Of a DNA stretch of 20,000 bases, positions 7,799 to 16,636 are shown in pieces; positions within the stretch are counted from its first letter, which is position 1; every line of letters begins with the position of its first letter. A program made the position numbers and the translations under genes. This stretch comes from an uncultured virus (IMG/VR IMGVR_UViG_3300032320_002770). Its lineage: Duplodnaviria; Heunggongvirae; Uroviricota; Caudoviricetes. Location of the stretch: the IMG/VR virus record IMGVR_UViG_3300032320_002770, one strand, 5' to 3'. Below the pieces are notes generated by a model. It was not told the DNA's origin. It made no database searches and saw nothing but the letters and a program-made list of their open reading frames with translations.

Positions 7799-8185
7799 TG
7801 GACCCGAAGAGAATTGAACTCTTGTCTTTTAAAAATCTAAATTAAAATACTACAAGTTTAGCTCTTTTTGTTTTTAGCCTTGTATAGATAAAGAACAAAC
7901 ATACTCAGCGATTTTATTTTGGATATTGAATATAAAAAGAATAAAAAAACTTATTATATTCAAACATCTAATAACGCAATATTCCAGTAGATGTGTCGTG
8001 GATATCACGCTGTAACTTAAGCTACAGATTCGGTCATATCAACAAGAGAGACTCTTGCTGAAATATGACCTTTATATTTTGCTGTTTTGGCAGTTAATAT
8101 AAATTGAAACTTTTTAAGGAGTCCTCGATTCAACCTCCACTTGCATTTTAATTCCGATCTCTAAAATCGAAACCAGTACGGGCCC
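7799..8185 (-). ncRNA. ssrA: tmRNA (transfer-messenger RNA)
   Basis: 5' GGGCCCG pairs with 3' CGGGTCC-A, giving the G3.U wobble and discriminator A. 5' D-like segment TACTGGTTTCGA. T-arm AAGAG-TTCAATT-CTCTT preceded by GAC. Helix 2 TTAAAATGC/GTATTTTAA and GCAAGT/ACTTGT. PK1 GGAG/CTCC plus TTGAA/TTCAA. Resume context TAACT-GCC. PK2 GCGTGATAT/ATATTGCGT plus ACATCTA/TAGATGT. CCA is not encoded. Confidence 0.93.
8017..8091 (-). other. tmRNA tag reading frame: (A)AKTAKYKGHISARVSLVDMTESVA*
   Basis: GCC resume codon after ATATTAACT. The TAA stop lies in the loop of hairpin CTGTAGC-TTAA-GTTACAG. Confidence 0.8.
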
Positions 8186-8254
8186 AATGAGAATGAACTA
8201 TATTTATATTACATTAGATTTTGAATTTTATCAACAAATTTAGTATAATTTATT

Positions 8255-8413
8255 ATGGATAAAATATTAAAGTTATTAAATCAAATTTTAGAAAAGAATG
8301 AATATGATGATTCTAGAGTAAGAGAACCTTGGCAAACTGGCGATAATTGGAATGTCCATCATTTGAAATTATTAAAAACACTATTAGAGGACTATAACAA
8401 TGCCAAGAACTAA
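8255..8413 (+). CDS. Small hypothetical protein (52 aa)
   Basis: Hand-found, MDKILKLLNQ...YNNAKN*. Preceded by TTGAAT(8221)-17-TATAAT(8244)-5 nt. Confidence 0.6.
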   Translation: MDKILKLLNQILEKNEYDDSRVREPWQTGDNWNVHHLKLLKTLLEDYNNAKN

Positions 8414-8561
8414 AAAGAAAAAGTACTATGGAGTATATTCAAAAGATAATTTTCTTTATGGAGTATTTCCTTTCTCTAAAGAGGGCTATGTTCTAGCGAA
8501 AAACTATATTAGTAAATTAAACCCTAAAACTAAAAAAAGTTATTTTATTAAAGAAAAATAA
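8400..8561 (+). CDS. Small basic hypothetical protein (53 aa)
   Basis: Hand-found, MPRTKKKKYYGVYSKDNFLYGVFPFS...KEK*. Overlaps the previous ORF and ends 3 nt before the next ATG. Confidence 0.55.
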   Translation: MPRTKKKKYYGVYSKDNFLYGVFPFSKEGYVLAKNYISKLNPKTKKSYFIKEK

Positions 8562-8564
8562 TAT

Positions 8565-10301
8565 ATGAGATTCCATGTATTAGGTTTGCCTCATACAGTT
8601 TCAAGCAAAGTCTTTAACGCTTGCGCCTATACTCAAAAAGTAGTTAAGTTTTGCAAAATGATGAAGGCAAGAGGTCATTATATAATTCATTATGGACATG
8701 AAGATTCTGATGTTATTTGCGATGAACATGTAACAGTTTTGACTAATAAAGATTTTGAAATATCTTACGGTTCGCACGATTGGAAAAATAATTTTTTTAA
8801 ATTTGATACAAATGATCATGCTTATCAAACTTTTTACAAAAATGCTATTATTGAAATTTATAAAAGAAAACAAAAATTAGATTTTTTACTTCCATTTTGG
8901 GGAAGTGGAGTTAGACCAATTTGTGATGCGCATCAAGACATGATAGTGGTTGAACCTGGAATTGGTTACGCTGGAGGTCATTGGGCGAGATGGAAAATTT
9001 TTGAATCGTATGCTATTTATCATGCATACGGAGGAATGCAAAATGTTGGATCTTGCAATCAAGATTGGTATGAAATAGTAATACCAAATTATTTTGATCT
9101 TGAAGATTTTGATTTTTGCGAAGAAAAAGAAGATTATTTTTTATATTTAGGAAGAGTATATGATGGTAAAGGAGTAAACGTTGCGATACAAGCTACAGAA
9201 ATTGCAGGAGTAAAATTAGTTATAGCTGGTCAAAAAGAACACGGTTATAAATTACCTCCACATGTTGAATATATAGGATACGCTGATATAAACAAAAGAA
9301 AACAACTTATGAAAAAAGCAAAAGCTAGCTTTCTTCCTTCAATGTATATTGAACCGTTTGGAGGAGTTCAGATAGAAAATTTATTATCAGGAACCCCAAC
9401 AATTACTACGGATTGGGGAAGTTTTGCAGAAAATAATCTACACGGAATCACAGGTTATCGTTGTAGGACAATCGGAGATTTCGTAGATGCAATAAGAAAT
9501 ATTTCACTTATTAATCCATATCATTGTAGAGAGTTTGGAGAGAACTTTTCATTAGAGAAAGTAGCGCCAATGTATGAGAAGTATTTCTCTGACGTTCTAG
9601 ATGTATATACAGGCGCAGGGTGGTATGCAAAAGGGCATAATATTTCTGCTTTCACAAAATATTATCCAAACAAAGAAGAATCAAAGATAACGGAATCGTC
9701 AAAAGAAATACGAGATAAAATAAATATTATACGCAGAGTAGAGAATAGAGATCAAATAAGTTCAGTATTTAAAGATCTAAACATTAAAACTATTTGTGAA
9801 GTAGGAGTAAGGGATGGTGCAAATTTATTTAAAATGATAAATGATCATGTTGAGTTAGCTGTAGCAGTTGATCTTTGGAAAGACACAGGAAACCGTAAAG
9901 AAAATGATCTTGATTTTACTCAACAACAACTTGATGCTCAATATCAATTAGTTTTAGAAAAATCAAAACAAATAACTAACACAGTATCTATTATTAGAAA
10001 CTATTCACATATTGCGGCAGAATCATTTAAAGATGAATTTTTTGATTTTATTTATATAGATGCAGATCACTCATATGAAGGAGTAAAACGAGATTTAAAC
10101 TGCTGGTGGCCTAAACTTAAAAAAGGCGGAATAATTGGACTACACGATTATGAAAATGTTTTTCATCAAAACATTGAATTTGGAGTAGTTAAATATGTAA
10201 CTGAATTCCGTCAAAGCAATAATATTATGCCAGATAACTTTCATATTACAGATATGAACTCTAAAACTGGAATATTTAAATCTTGTTACTTTGTAAAATG
10301 A
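8565..10301 (+). CDS. GT4 glycosyltransferase fused to a class I SAM methyltransferase (Methyltransf_24-like)
   Basis: N-terminal part: FLYLGRVYDGKGV and EPFGGVQIE (EX7E). C-terminal part: ICEVGVRDG, AVDLW, FDFIYIDADHSYEGV and GGIIGLHDY. Confidence 0.88.
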   Translation: MRFHVLGLPHTVSSKVFNACAYTQKVVKFCKMMKARGHYIIHYGHEDSDVICDEHVTVLTNKDFEISYGSHDWKNNFFKFDTNDHAYQTFYKNAIIEIYKRKQKLDFLLPFWGSGVRPICDAHQDMIVVEPGIGYAGGHWARWKIFESYAIYHAYGGMQNVGSCNQDWYEIVIPNYFDLEDFDFCEEKEDYFLYLGRVYDGKGVNVAIQATEIAGVKLVIAGQKEHGYKLPPHVEYIGYADINKRKQLMKKAKASFLPSMYIEPFGGVQIENLLSGTPTITTDWGSFAENNLHGITGYRCRTIGDFVDAIRNISLINPYHCREFGENFSLEKVAPMYEKYFSDVLDVYTGAGWYAKGHNISAFTKYYPNKEESKITESSKEIRDKINIIRRVENRDQISSVFKDLNIKTICEVGVRDGANLFKMINDHVELAVAVDLWKDTGNRKENDLDFTQQQLDAQYQLVLEKSKQITNTVSIIRNYSHIAAESFKDEFFDFIYIDADHSYEGVKRDLNCWWPKLKKGGIIGLHDYENVFHQNIEFGVVKYVTEFRQSNNIMPDNFHITDMNSKTGIFKSCYFVK

Positions 10302-11200
10302 AAAAAGTATTATTTTATACTCATAATGGATGGGTTTTTGGGAAAATTCATAATGAATTAATTAAAGTTTTATATCCAGAGGTATATTGCGATATATTAT
10401 GTTGGACAAATCAATACAGTGAATATGAGTTTAAATATCTATTAGATAAATATGATTATTTTCTTTCTACTCCTGAATCATCCGTTATAATGCATAAGCA
10501 GTTTAAAATACCATTAGAAAAAATTATAGCAGTTGTTCATCAAGACTGGGACATATATCATCCATTGCAAAATGGAATTTCAAAAGATTATTTTAGCAAA
10601 TTTGCTGGTTATGCAGTTATTGCCCCGCTTCTTCAAAATATATCGCTTTCTCATGGAATAGATAGAGTTCCTGATGTGCTTCGAATTGGAACATTTCAAA
10701 AAAATTATCCTAAAAATAATTCTCATCAAATTAAAAATATTGGTGCTTTTTCTAAATATGCTAGATTTGATCAAGGATTTGATGTAAAAAGAGTAAATTT
10801 AATTGAAGAAGTGGCAGATAAAACAAATTTAAATTTAATTAAAAATGAGAACGTTAATTTTTTAGGTGCAGAATTTTTATATAAAAATATAGATCTTATA
10901 ATATCTGCGTCTTTAGTAGAAGGCAATCCATATCAAATGTTAGAAGCGTTTTCATGCGGAATACCATTTCTTGGAACTCCAGTTGGAATAGTAAATGACT
11001 ATCTTAAACTTGGTGGTGGCAAATTAATGCCTTTAAAAAAAGAAGATTTCATATATGAGGCTATTTGTGAAATTAAAAAAATGCAATCCGACAATTTGTA
11101 TTATAAAAAATTATGCGAGCAATCTTATGAGATAGGTAAAATTATTGATTGGAGCAATATCAGAGAAGAATGGATTAATTATATCAATAAATTAACTTAA
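10298..11200 (+). CDS. GT-B/GT4-like glycosyltransferase
   Basis: SASLVEGNPYQMLEAFSCGIPFLGTPVG (EX7E). ATG 10298 overlaps the upstream stop (ATGA). Confidence 0.8.
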   Translation: MKKVLFYTHNGWVFGKIHNELIKVLYPEVYCDILCWTNQYSEYEFKYLLDKYDYFLSTPESSVIMHKQFKIPLEKIIAVVHQDWDIYHPLQNGISKDYFSKFAGYAVIAPLLQNISLSHGIDRVPDVLRIGTFQKNYPKNNSHQIKNIGAFSKYARFDQGFDVKRVNLIEEVADKTNLNLIKNENVNFLGAEFLYKNIDLIISASLVEGNPYQMLEAFSCGIPFLGTPVGIVNDYLKLGGGKLMPLKKEDFIYEAICEIKKMQSDNLYYKKLCEQSYEIGKIIDWSNIREEWINYINKLT

Positions 11201-11201
11201 A

Positions 11202-11747
11202 TTAATCAGTAGGAGTTAAAGGTATTCTAGACCAATCAAAAGTTTCTAAATCAATTTCTTCTTTATTTTGCATTTTTAATTTGGTGTCAGTATCCTTATA
11301 TATTGTTATTTCTTCTCCTCTTTTTATGTCTTTTAACGCTAAATTAAACCATAATAAATTTTCAAAATTATCATACCATACAGAATTAGGATTATTTGAT
11401 ATATTATAAATAGAAGCATAACCACCTGCCATAGCTAAAACATGACCATGCTTTGCACATTCTTTACAAGCGCAAAATCTATTTATTTTAAATATTTTAT
11501 AATTTAAAACAGGATCATGATGATAATTTGATCTGAAATTTAAAGGAATTAATGGGCTACATTCAATTAATTCTCCTTGCATAAAATTTTTTTTAGCAAA
11601 AACTTTTACTTTATTATTGTCTACTTTTGCATTTAACTCTTTAAGCGAACTATAAACTTTTGAATTTATAAAATTTTTAATTTGTTTATCTTTTAAATTA
11701 TGAAATTTAATTTGATCTTCTGAAGATTTAAATAAATGATTATCCAT
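11202..11747 (-). CDS. SET-domain protein (degenerate motifs)
   Basis: VFAKKNFMQGELIE, GYASIYNISNNPN (NHS changed to NIS) and ALKDIKRGEEITIY; CxCxxC insert. Confidence 0.75.
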   Translation of the reverse strand: MDNHLFKSSEDQIKFHNLKDKQIKNFINSKVYSSLKELNAKVDNNKVKVFAKKNFMQGELIECSPLIPLNFRSNYHHDPVLNYKIFKINRFCACKECAKHGHVLAMAGGYASIYNISNNPNSVWYDNFENLLWFNLALKDIKRGEEITIYKDTDTKLKMQNKEEIDLETFDWSRIPLTPTD

Positions 11748-11906
11748 ATAATATAGTTATTGAACTAGCTTGCTCCAATATGACATATAAATATTATATA
11801 AAAAATCCTAAGTTTATTATATAATAAATAAACCTGACGAAGAATACGTCTTACTTTTAATTTAAGGCTTATTTCAAATAATGAGGTTTTATATGTAAAA
11901 TTAAAT

Positions 11907-12641
11907 ATGATTTCCTGCATTATATCCTCTATGAATCGTACAGAAAGACTAGAGAAGATGCTTCCAAGTTGGGCAAAAATAGAAAACATAAAAGATATAA
12001 TAATTGTAGATTGGAGTTCTAAGGTTCCTATTATAGAAAATGAAAATATACAGAAAATATTAGAAAAATTTGATAAAATCAAAATAGTAAGAATTGAAAA
12101 TGAAAATTTTTTTCATATATGCAAATCAAATAATATTGGATTTCAATTTACAGATAAAGAAAATAAAATTTTATTAAAACTGGACGCAGATTATATAAAT
12201 ATTGACGAAAGCTGGATGGATTATTTAATTCTTAAAGAAACTAATAATAAATTTTACTTAAAAGATTACTTTTTAGTAGGCTCATATAAATTTTATCAAA
12301 GCTCTAATGGGTTTTTATTAGTAAATAAAAATGATTTTGAAAATGTTAAGGGTTATAATGAAAATTTTAGCTATGGTTGGGGTGGAGAAGATATTGATCT
12401 TTACAATAGAATATATAAAAACAATAGAAAAAATTTAAAAAATAAAATTTTTCAAAAAATAATTTTTTTTGATATTAAAAAATATATATATCATATACCG
12501 CATGATAATGAATTAAGATATTGCAATTATCCACCAGAACAAAAATTATCTCAGAAAGGTGAAGGCCAATGGGAATTCCAAAAATATGAAATACTAAGTC
12601 AAATAAAAAATTATACTAGAATATCATTAAAAAATAAATGA
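11907..12641 (+). CDS. GT-A glycosyltransferase (GT2/GT7 C-terminal-like)
   Basis: IIIVDWSS, DxD motif (LDAD) and GYNENFSYGWGGEDIDLYNRI. Confidence 0.82.
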   Translation: MISCIISSMNRTERLEKMLPSWAKIENIKDIIIVDWSSKVPIIENENIQKILEKFDKIKIVRIENENFFHICKSNNIGFQFTDKENKILLKLDADYINIDESWMDYLILKETNNKFYLKDYFLVGSYKFYQSSNGFLLVNKNDFENVKGYNENFSYGWGGEDIDLYNRIYKNNRKNLKNKIFQKIIFFDIKKYIYHIPHDNELRYCNYPPEQKLSQKGEGQWEFQKYEILSQIKNYTRISLKNK

Positions 12642-13444
12642 ATATATATTTCTCATACTCTACAAAAGTTTTTAATGAACAAGAAGATCTAAGTTTAACT
12701 AAGAAATTAGCTAAAATTTCAGTTAAAAATTTTAAAAAATATTATAAAAATGTATATCTAATAACAGACTTTAATGGTTTAGAAATATTTAAAGATATTG
12801 ATTTTACTCAAGTTTATCCCATATTAGAAGATATTAAAAAAGAATATAAAGATGTATGGTCGATTGGTAAACTGTATGCGATTAAATATATATCTCAAAA
12901 AGGAGAACAATTTTGCCATGCAGATTTTGATTTTTTAATTACAAAACCATTACCTGACAACATATTAAACGCTAATGTTTTCGCTCAATCTATAGAATCC
13001 AATATTGAAAAAATTGGATATAATATTGATTTGTATGAAAAAATGTGCAAAAAAAAATATTTAGCAGAAAATTTAACATCAGATAAAGCATTTAATTGTG
13101 GCATTGTAGGAGGCAAAGATTGTTCATTTTTTTATGAGTATTCAAATACTGCAATCCAAATGGTCGAAGATGTAGAAAACAAAGATTTATGGCTAAAAAA
13201 TCATCCAGAATTTAAAAGCTGGACTAAAGCTGTATTAGCAGAGCAATATTATCTAGCTTGTGCGCTTAAAAAGCATAATATATCTCCAATATTAATTTTT
13301 GATAATTCTATCAAAAATTATAAACCGCTATCGCATATTGCTAAAAAATTTTATAAAGAAACTGGAGCTATACATTTTCTAGGAGAATCAAAAGAAAAAA
13401 TTGGAGCAATGCTAGATATAATTTCAAAAAGTCATATTTACTAA
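12638..13444 (+). CDS. DUF6734-like, putative nucleotide-diphospho-sugar transferase fold
   Basis: WSIGKLYAI, HADFD (DxD), FNCGIVGG and AEQYYL. Confidence 0.65.
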   Translation: MNIYFSYSTKVFNEQEDLSLTKKLAKISVKNFKKYYKNVYLITDFNGLEIFKDIDFTQVYPILEDIKKEYKDVWSIGKLYAIKYISQKGEQFCHADFDFLITKPLPDNILNANVFAQSIESNIEKIGYNIDLYEKMCKKKYLAENLTSDKAFNCGIVGGKDCSFFYEYSNTAIQMVEDVENKDLWLKNHPEFKSWTKAVLAEQYYLACALKKHNISPILIFDNSIKNYKPLSHIAKKFYKETGAIHFLGESKEKIGAMLDIISKSHIY

Positions 13445-13502
13445 CAAGAAAATTCCAAATATATAAACTTGACATCGTTTGTATATTGGATATAATATTT
13501 AT

Positions 13503-13679
13503 ATGAGATACATATTATCTTATTTGCTATATATAATAGGAGATATTATAAGCAGAACGATTATGCTTTTTGGAGATGGATATGGATTTAAGATTTATAA
13601 TAAAGTTATGCTATGGAGTGTTCAATTAGATAAAAAAGGTAAAATTTGGAAACCAGTCAAACGGAAAAAGAAAAAATAA
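13503..13679 (+). CDS. Small hypothetical (possibly membrane) protein
   Basis: TTGACA(13469)-16-TATAAT(13491)-6 nt-ATG 13503 supports this start over 13479. Confidence 0.6.
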   Translation: MRYILSYLLYIIGDIISRTIMLFGDGYGFKIYNKVMLWSVQLDKKGKIWKPVKRKKKK

Positions 13680-13683
13680 TTAT

Positions 13684-13980
13684 ATGAATTGGATTAAAAT
13701 ATTAAATTTTATTGATGGAATTTTTGAAGAAGAAAAGGAGCAGCCAATTTTAGGGACTCTTTATAAAATCAAAGGTGAAGATTTACCATTTAGATATATA
13801 AGATTTACGAGTGGTATTTTATCAAATAAGCCAATATATCATTTTAAACACCATCAATTAAAAGAATATAAATTTAATGATCTTAGCAAAATAGAAAGAA
13901 AAGCTAATCAAAAAGAAATAAATCTTTATAACGATATTAAAGACCATGTAAATAAAGTTGCAAAAACTTTTAAAAGTTAA
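13684..13980 (+). CDS. Hypothetical protein
   Basis: 98-aa ORF 4 nt after the previous stop. Confidence 0.6.
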   Translation: MNWIKILNFIDGIFEEEKEQPILGTLYKIKGEDLPFRYIRFTSGILSNKPIYHFKHHQLKEYKFNDLSKIERKANQKEINLYNDIKDHVNKVAKTFKS

Positions 13981-14059
13981 TTTGCTAACAAAATTTTCCC
14001 AAATAAGATTCATTTACTAATAAAAAAATGCCAAATATACGAATCAAAAAAGTCCAAAT

Positions 14060-14236
14060 ATGAATGATAATCGGCCAAATATAGGGGCTGGAAAAGGGGA
14101 TAAACCAAGAAATTGTTTCTCTAATAGGTTTAAAGAAAACTATAATAGTATAAACTGGTCAGATCATAAAGACAACTCGTTGATTAAAAAAGAATTAAAA
14201 AAACAAAACAATTCATCTACATATATTTACAAATAA
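14060..14236 (+). CDS. Small phage protein with a GKGDKPR motif (58 aa)
   Basis: Hand-found, MNDNRPNIGAGKGDKPRNCFSNRFKENYNSINW...YIYK*. The pattern is recalled from small uncharacterised phage proteins and was not searched. Confidence 0.6.
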   Translation: MNDNRPNIGAGKGDKPRNCFSNRFKENYNSINWSDHKDNSLIKKELKKQNNSSTYIYK

Positions 14237-14247
14237 AATATAGAGTA

Positions 14248-14276
14248 TTGACAGATTTTACAAAGAATAATATACT
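14248..14276 (+). promoter_or_regulatory. sigma70 promoter (leaderless geometry) for uvsE
   Basis: TTGACA(14248)-17-TATACT(14271)-6 nt-ATG 14283. Confidence 0.72.
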
Positions 14277-14282
14277 CTTAAT

Positions 14283-15182
14283 ATGAGAAAAGGAGTTTGT
14301 TGTATTGTATTAAGCCTAGCTGAACAAGATAATCCTATCAAGTTCAATACTATGACTTATGCTCGTTTCTCTGCTATGTCTAGATCAGAAGCGTTATCTA
14401 CTCTTTCTTCTAGAATATTAAACAATATGAATACTACTTATCAATACATAAAGTATTGTGCAGACCATAATCATACTTACAGAATTTCTTCTGATCTATT
14501 TCCTCTTATTACTTATGATAAAGCAGATGTTAAGCTGGAAAACTTACCAGATTATACCAGAATACTAGCATCATTTGATAGTATCAAACATCTTATTCAA
14601 TCTAGGAATGTTAGAGTATCTTGCCATCCCTCTGAATTTAATGTTCTTGCAAGTGATAATGAAAATGCAATCACTAAAACAATCAAAGAATTAAATCACT
14701 ATGGTTGGTTTATGACGCAAATTGGTTGTCCACTAAACTATGATGCACCTATGAATATGCACATACATAATTCCAAGGGCAATCTAAATGATATAGTCAA
14801 AAAGTTTATGAGCAACTTTCAAAGACTATCAGATGATGTAAAATCTAGATTAGTAATAGAAAATGATGATAAAGATACTTGCTGGTCAGTTAAAAAACTT
14901 ATGAAGTATTTTCATTCTATTTCTAATATTCCTATTACTTTCGATTATCTTCATCATAAATGTCATCCAGATAATCTATCAGAGGAACAAGCATTTCATC
15001 TTGCACGAATTACTTGGGGCAATCATACTCCACTATTTCATTATTCGGAAAGTATTGATGGTCATAAGAATCCTAGAAAACACGCCGACTATGCAAAATT
15101 CTTGCCAAATACTTATGGATATGATAACATAGATGTCGATTTTGAATTAAAAATGAAAGAACAATCTTTTGCAAAATTATGA
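14283..15182 (+). CDS. uvsE: UV damage endonuclease
   Basis: YRISSDLFP, SCHPSEFNVLAS, LVIENDD, FDYLHH, FHYSES, HADY and ELKMKE. Confidence 0.92.
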   Translation: MRKGVCCIVLSLAEQDNPIKFNTMTYARFSAMSRSEALSTLSSRILNNMNTTYQYIKYCADHNHTYRISSDLFPLITYDKADVKLENLPDYTRILASFDSIKHLIQSRNVRVSCHPSEFNVLASDNENAITKTIKELNHYGWFMTQIGCPLNYDAPMNMHIHNSKGNLNDIVKKFMSNFQRLSDDVKSRLVIENDDKDTCWSVKKLMKYFHSISNIPITFDYLHHKCHPDNLSEEQAFHLARITWGNHTPLFHYSESIDGHKNPRKHADYAKFLPNTYGYDNIDVDFELKMKEQSFAKL

Positions 15183-15484
15183 AAAATAAAAAGATGCTTA
15201 AAAAACTACAAAAAGAATTAGAACGAGATCCTTTTATGAGATTCGCTAAACAAAAAAATCCAACAATGTATAAATCAGAACTTAATAAACTTTTTAATCG
15301 TGAAAAAAAACATTTGAGGCAAAAAAAAATTGGTCAAAAAGAAGCCGAAAAACAAATGAATTTTATAGAAGCACAAAGTCAATTTAGTCATATTAATGAC
15401 CCTTGGTTAAGGAAGCATTTGGCCTATAAATTGCTACAAAAAAACAAAAAGCAATCATCAAGAAATAGTAAATTTTATCTATGA
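15179..15484 (+). CDS. Basic hypothetical protein
   Basis: 101-aa ORF with ATGA overlap to uvsE. Confidence 0.55.
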   Translation: MKNKKMLKKLQKELERDPFMRFAKQKNPTMYKSELNKLFNREKKHLRQKKIGQKEAEKQMNFIEAQSQFSHINDPWLRKHLAYKLLQKNKKQSSRNSKFYL

Positions 15485-15550
15485 CACATAAATTATACGA
15501 AATGTTCATAGTTATCCTTGGTGTAATTGCTAATATAGTTCTTATAATTA

Positions 15551-15949
15551 ATGCAATACATCATTGGTAATTATCTTATGAAAAGAGGAAGAAAAAGAAA
15601 TCCATTCTTAAAACTTTTAAACAATATTAAAAATTCTGGTGGCAGAGCAAGAGCTATGACAAAAAGTAGATTAGGTCAGAAAATTCCAGTTAGTGTTACA
15701 GCAGAAGATTTAGAAGAAATATACGAAAATCAAAATGCTAGGTGCTTTTGGTTCAATGTGCCAATGGACTTGGATTTACTATACTCAAAGTGGCATCCAC
15801 TCGCTCCTAGTGCGGATAGACTAGATGAAGGTCAAGGTTATCATAAGAATAATATTGTTATATGCACAAGACTCTCAAATCTTGGTAGGCAAAGATATAG
15901 TATAGATAAGTTTCACGAAATAGCAGAATATCTAAAAAAAGTATTTTAA
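15551..15949 (+). CDS. HNH-like (beta-beta-alpha) endonuclease-family phage protein
   Basis: QNARCFWFNVPM...PSADRLDEGQGYHKNNIVICTRLSNLGR. Alternative start at 15578. Confidence 0.65.
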   Translation: MQYIIGNYLMKRGRKRNPFLKLLNNIKNSGGRARAMTKSRLGQKIPVSVTAEDLEEIYENQNARCFWFNVPMDLDLLYSKWHPLAPSADRLDEGQGYHKNNIVICTRLSNLGRQRYSIDKFHEIAEYLKKVF

Positions 15950-15951
15950 AA

Positions 15952-16617
15952 ATGAAAAATAAATATTTAATTATATCAGACATTCACCTTGGAGATAAAG
16001 ATTGCAAGGCTGAAATCTTATTAAAAGTTTTAAAACAAAACAAAGCAAAAACAATTATAATTGCTGGCGATCTTTTTGACGGCCATAATCTTCATAGGTT
16101 AAATAAAACCCATTGGAAGGTATTATCTAAATTACGCAAACTCTCTAAAAAATGCAAGATAATTTATTTAATTGGCAATCATTGTTTCCTTAAAGCAGAA
16201 TTTATGAGTATTCTTCTTGGCTTTAATTGCAAAGATGAACATATCATAGAATTAAAAGATAGTAAAGCGTTAGTAGTTCACGGAGATATATTTGATATTT
16301 ACTTTACAAAATACAAATGGATTACTAATTTTATTATTAAGATATATTACCTCATTAGACACTATACTCCATTTGCAGATTATTTCTTTAGATTATTTAA
16401 ACACCATACAAACGATTTTGTGGAGAAAAGTTCGGACATTAAACAAAATGCCTTGAATTATATTGATATGAATGGATATGATAAGATAATATGCGGTCAC
16501 ACGCATCTTCCAGAAGATGATAATAAATATATAAATACTGGTAGTTTTTGTGAAAAAGAATGTGGTTATGTTGTTATAGATAAAAAAGATCAAATAAGAT
16601 TGACAAAAATTAAATAA
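15952..16617 (+). CDS. Calcineurin-like metallophosphoesterase, LpxH/UDP-2,3-diacylglucosamine hydrolase-like
   Basis: ISDIHLG, AGDLFD, IGNH, VHGD, CGHTH and YINTGS. Confidence 0.85.
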   Translation: MKNKYLIISDIHLGDKDCKAEILLKVLKQNKAKTIIIAGDLFDGHNLHRLNKTHWKVLSKLRKLSKKCKIIYLIGNHCFLKAEFMSILLGFNCKDEHIIELKDSKALVVHGDIFDIYFTKYKWITNFIIKIYYLIRHYTPFADYFFRLFKHHTNDFVEKSSDIKQNALNYIDMNGYDKIICGHTHLPEDDNKYINTGSFCEKECGYVVIDKKDQIRLTKIK

Positions 16618-16636
16618 AAGATAGAATATATAGTAT

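Noticed and set aside
7799..7830. Stand-alone tRNA gene
   Set aside because: The T-arm and acceptor strand pair with a 5' end about 380 nt away and there is no anticodon arm; this is the tmRNA tRNA-like domain.
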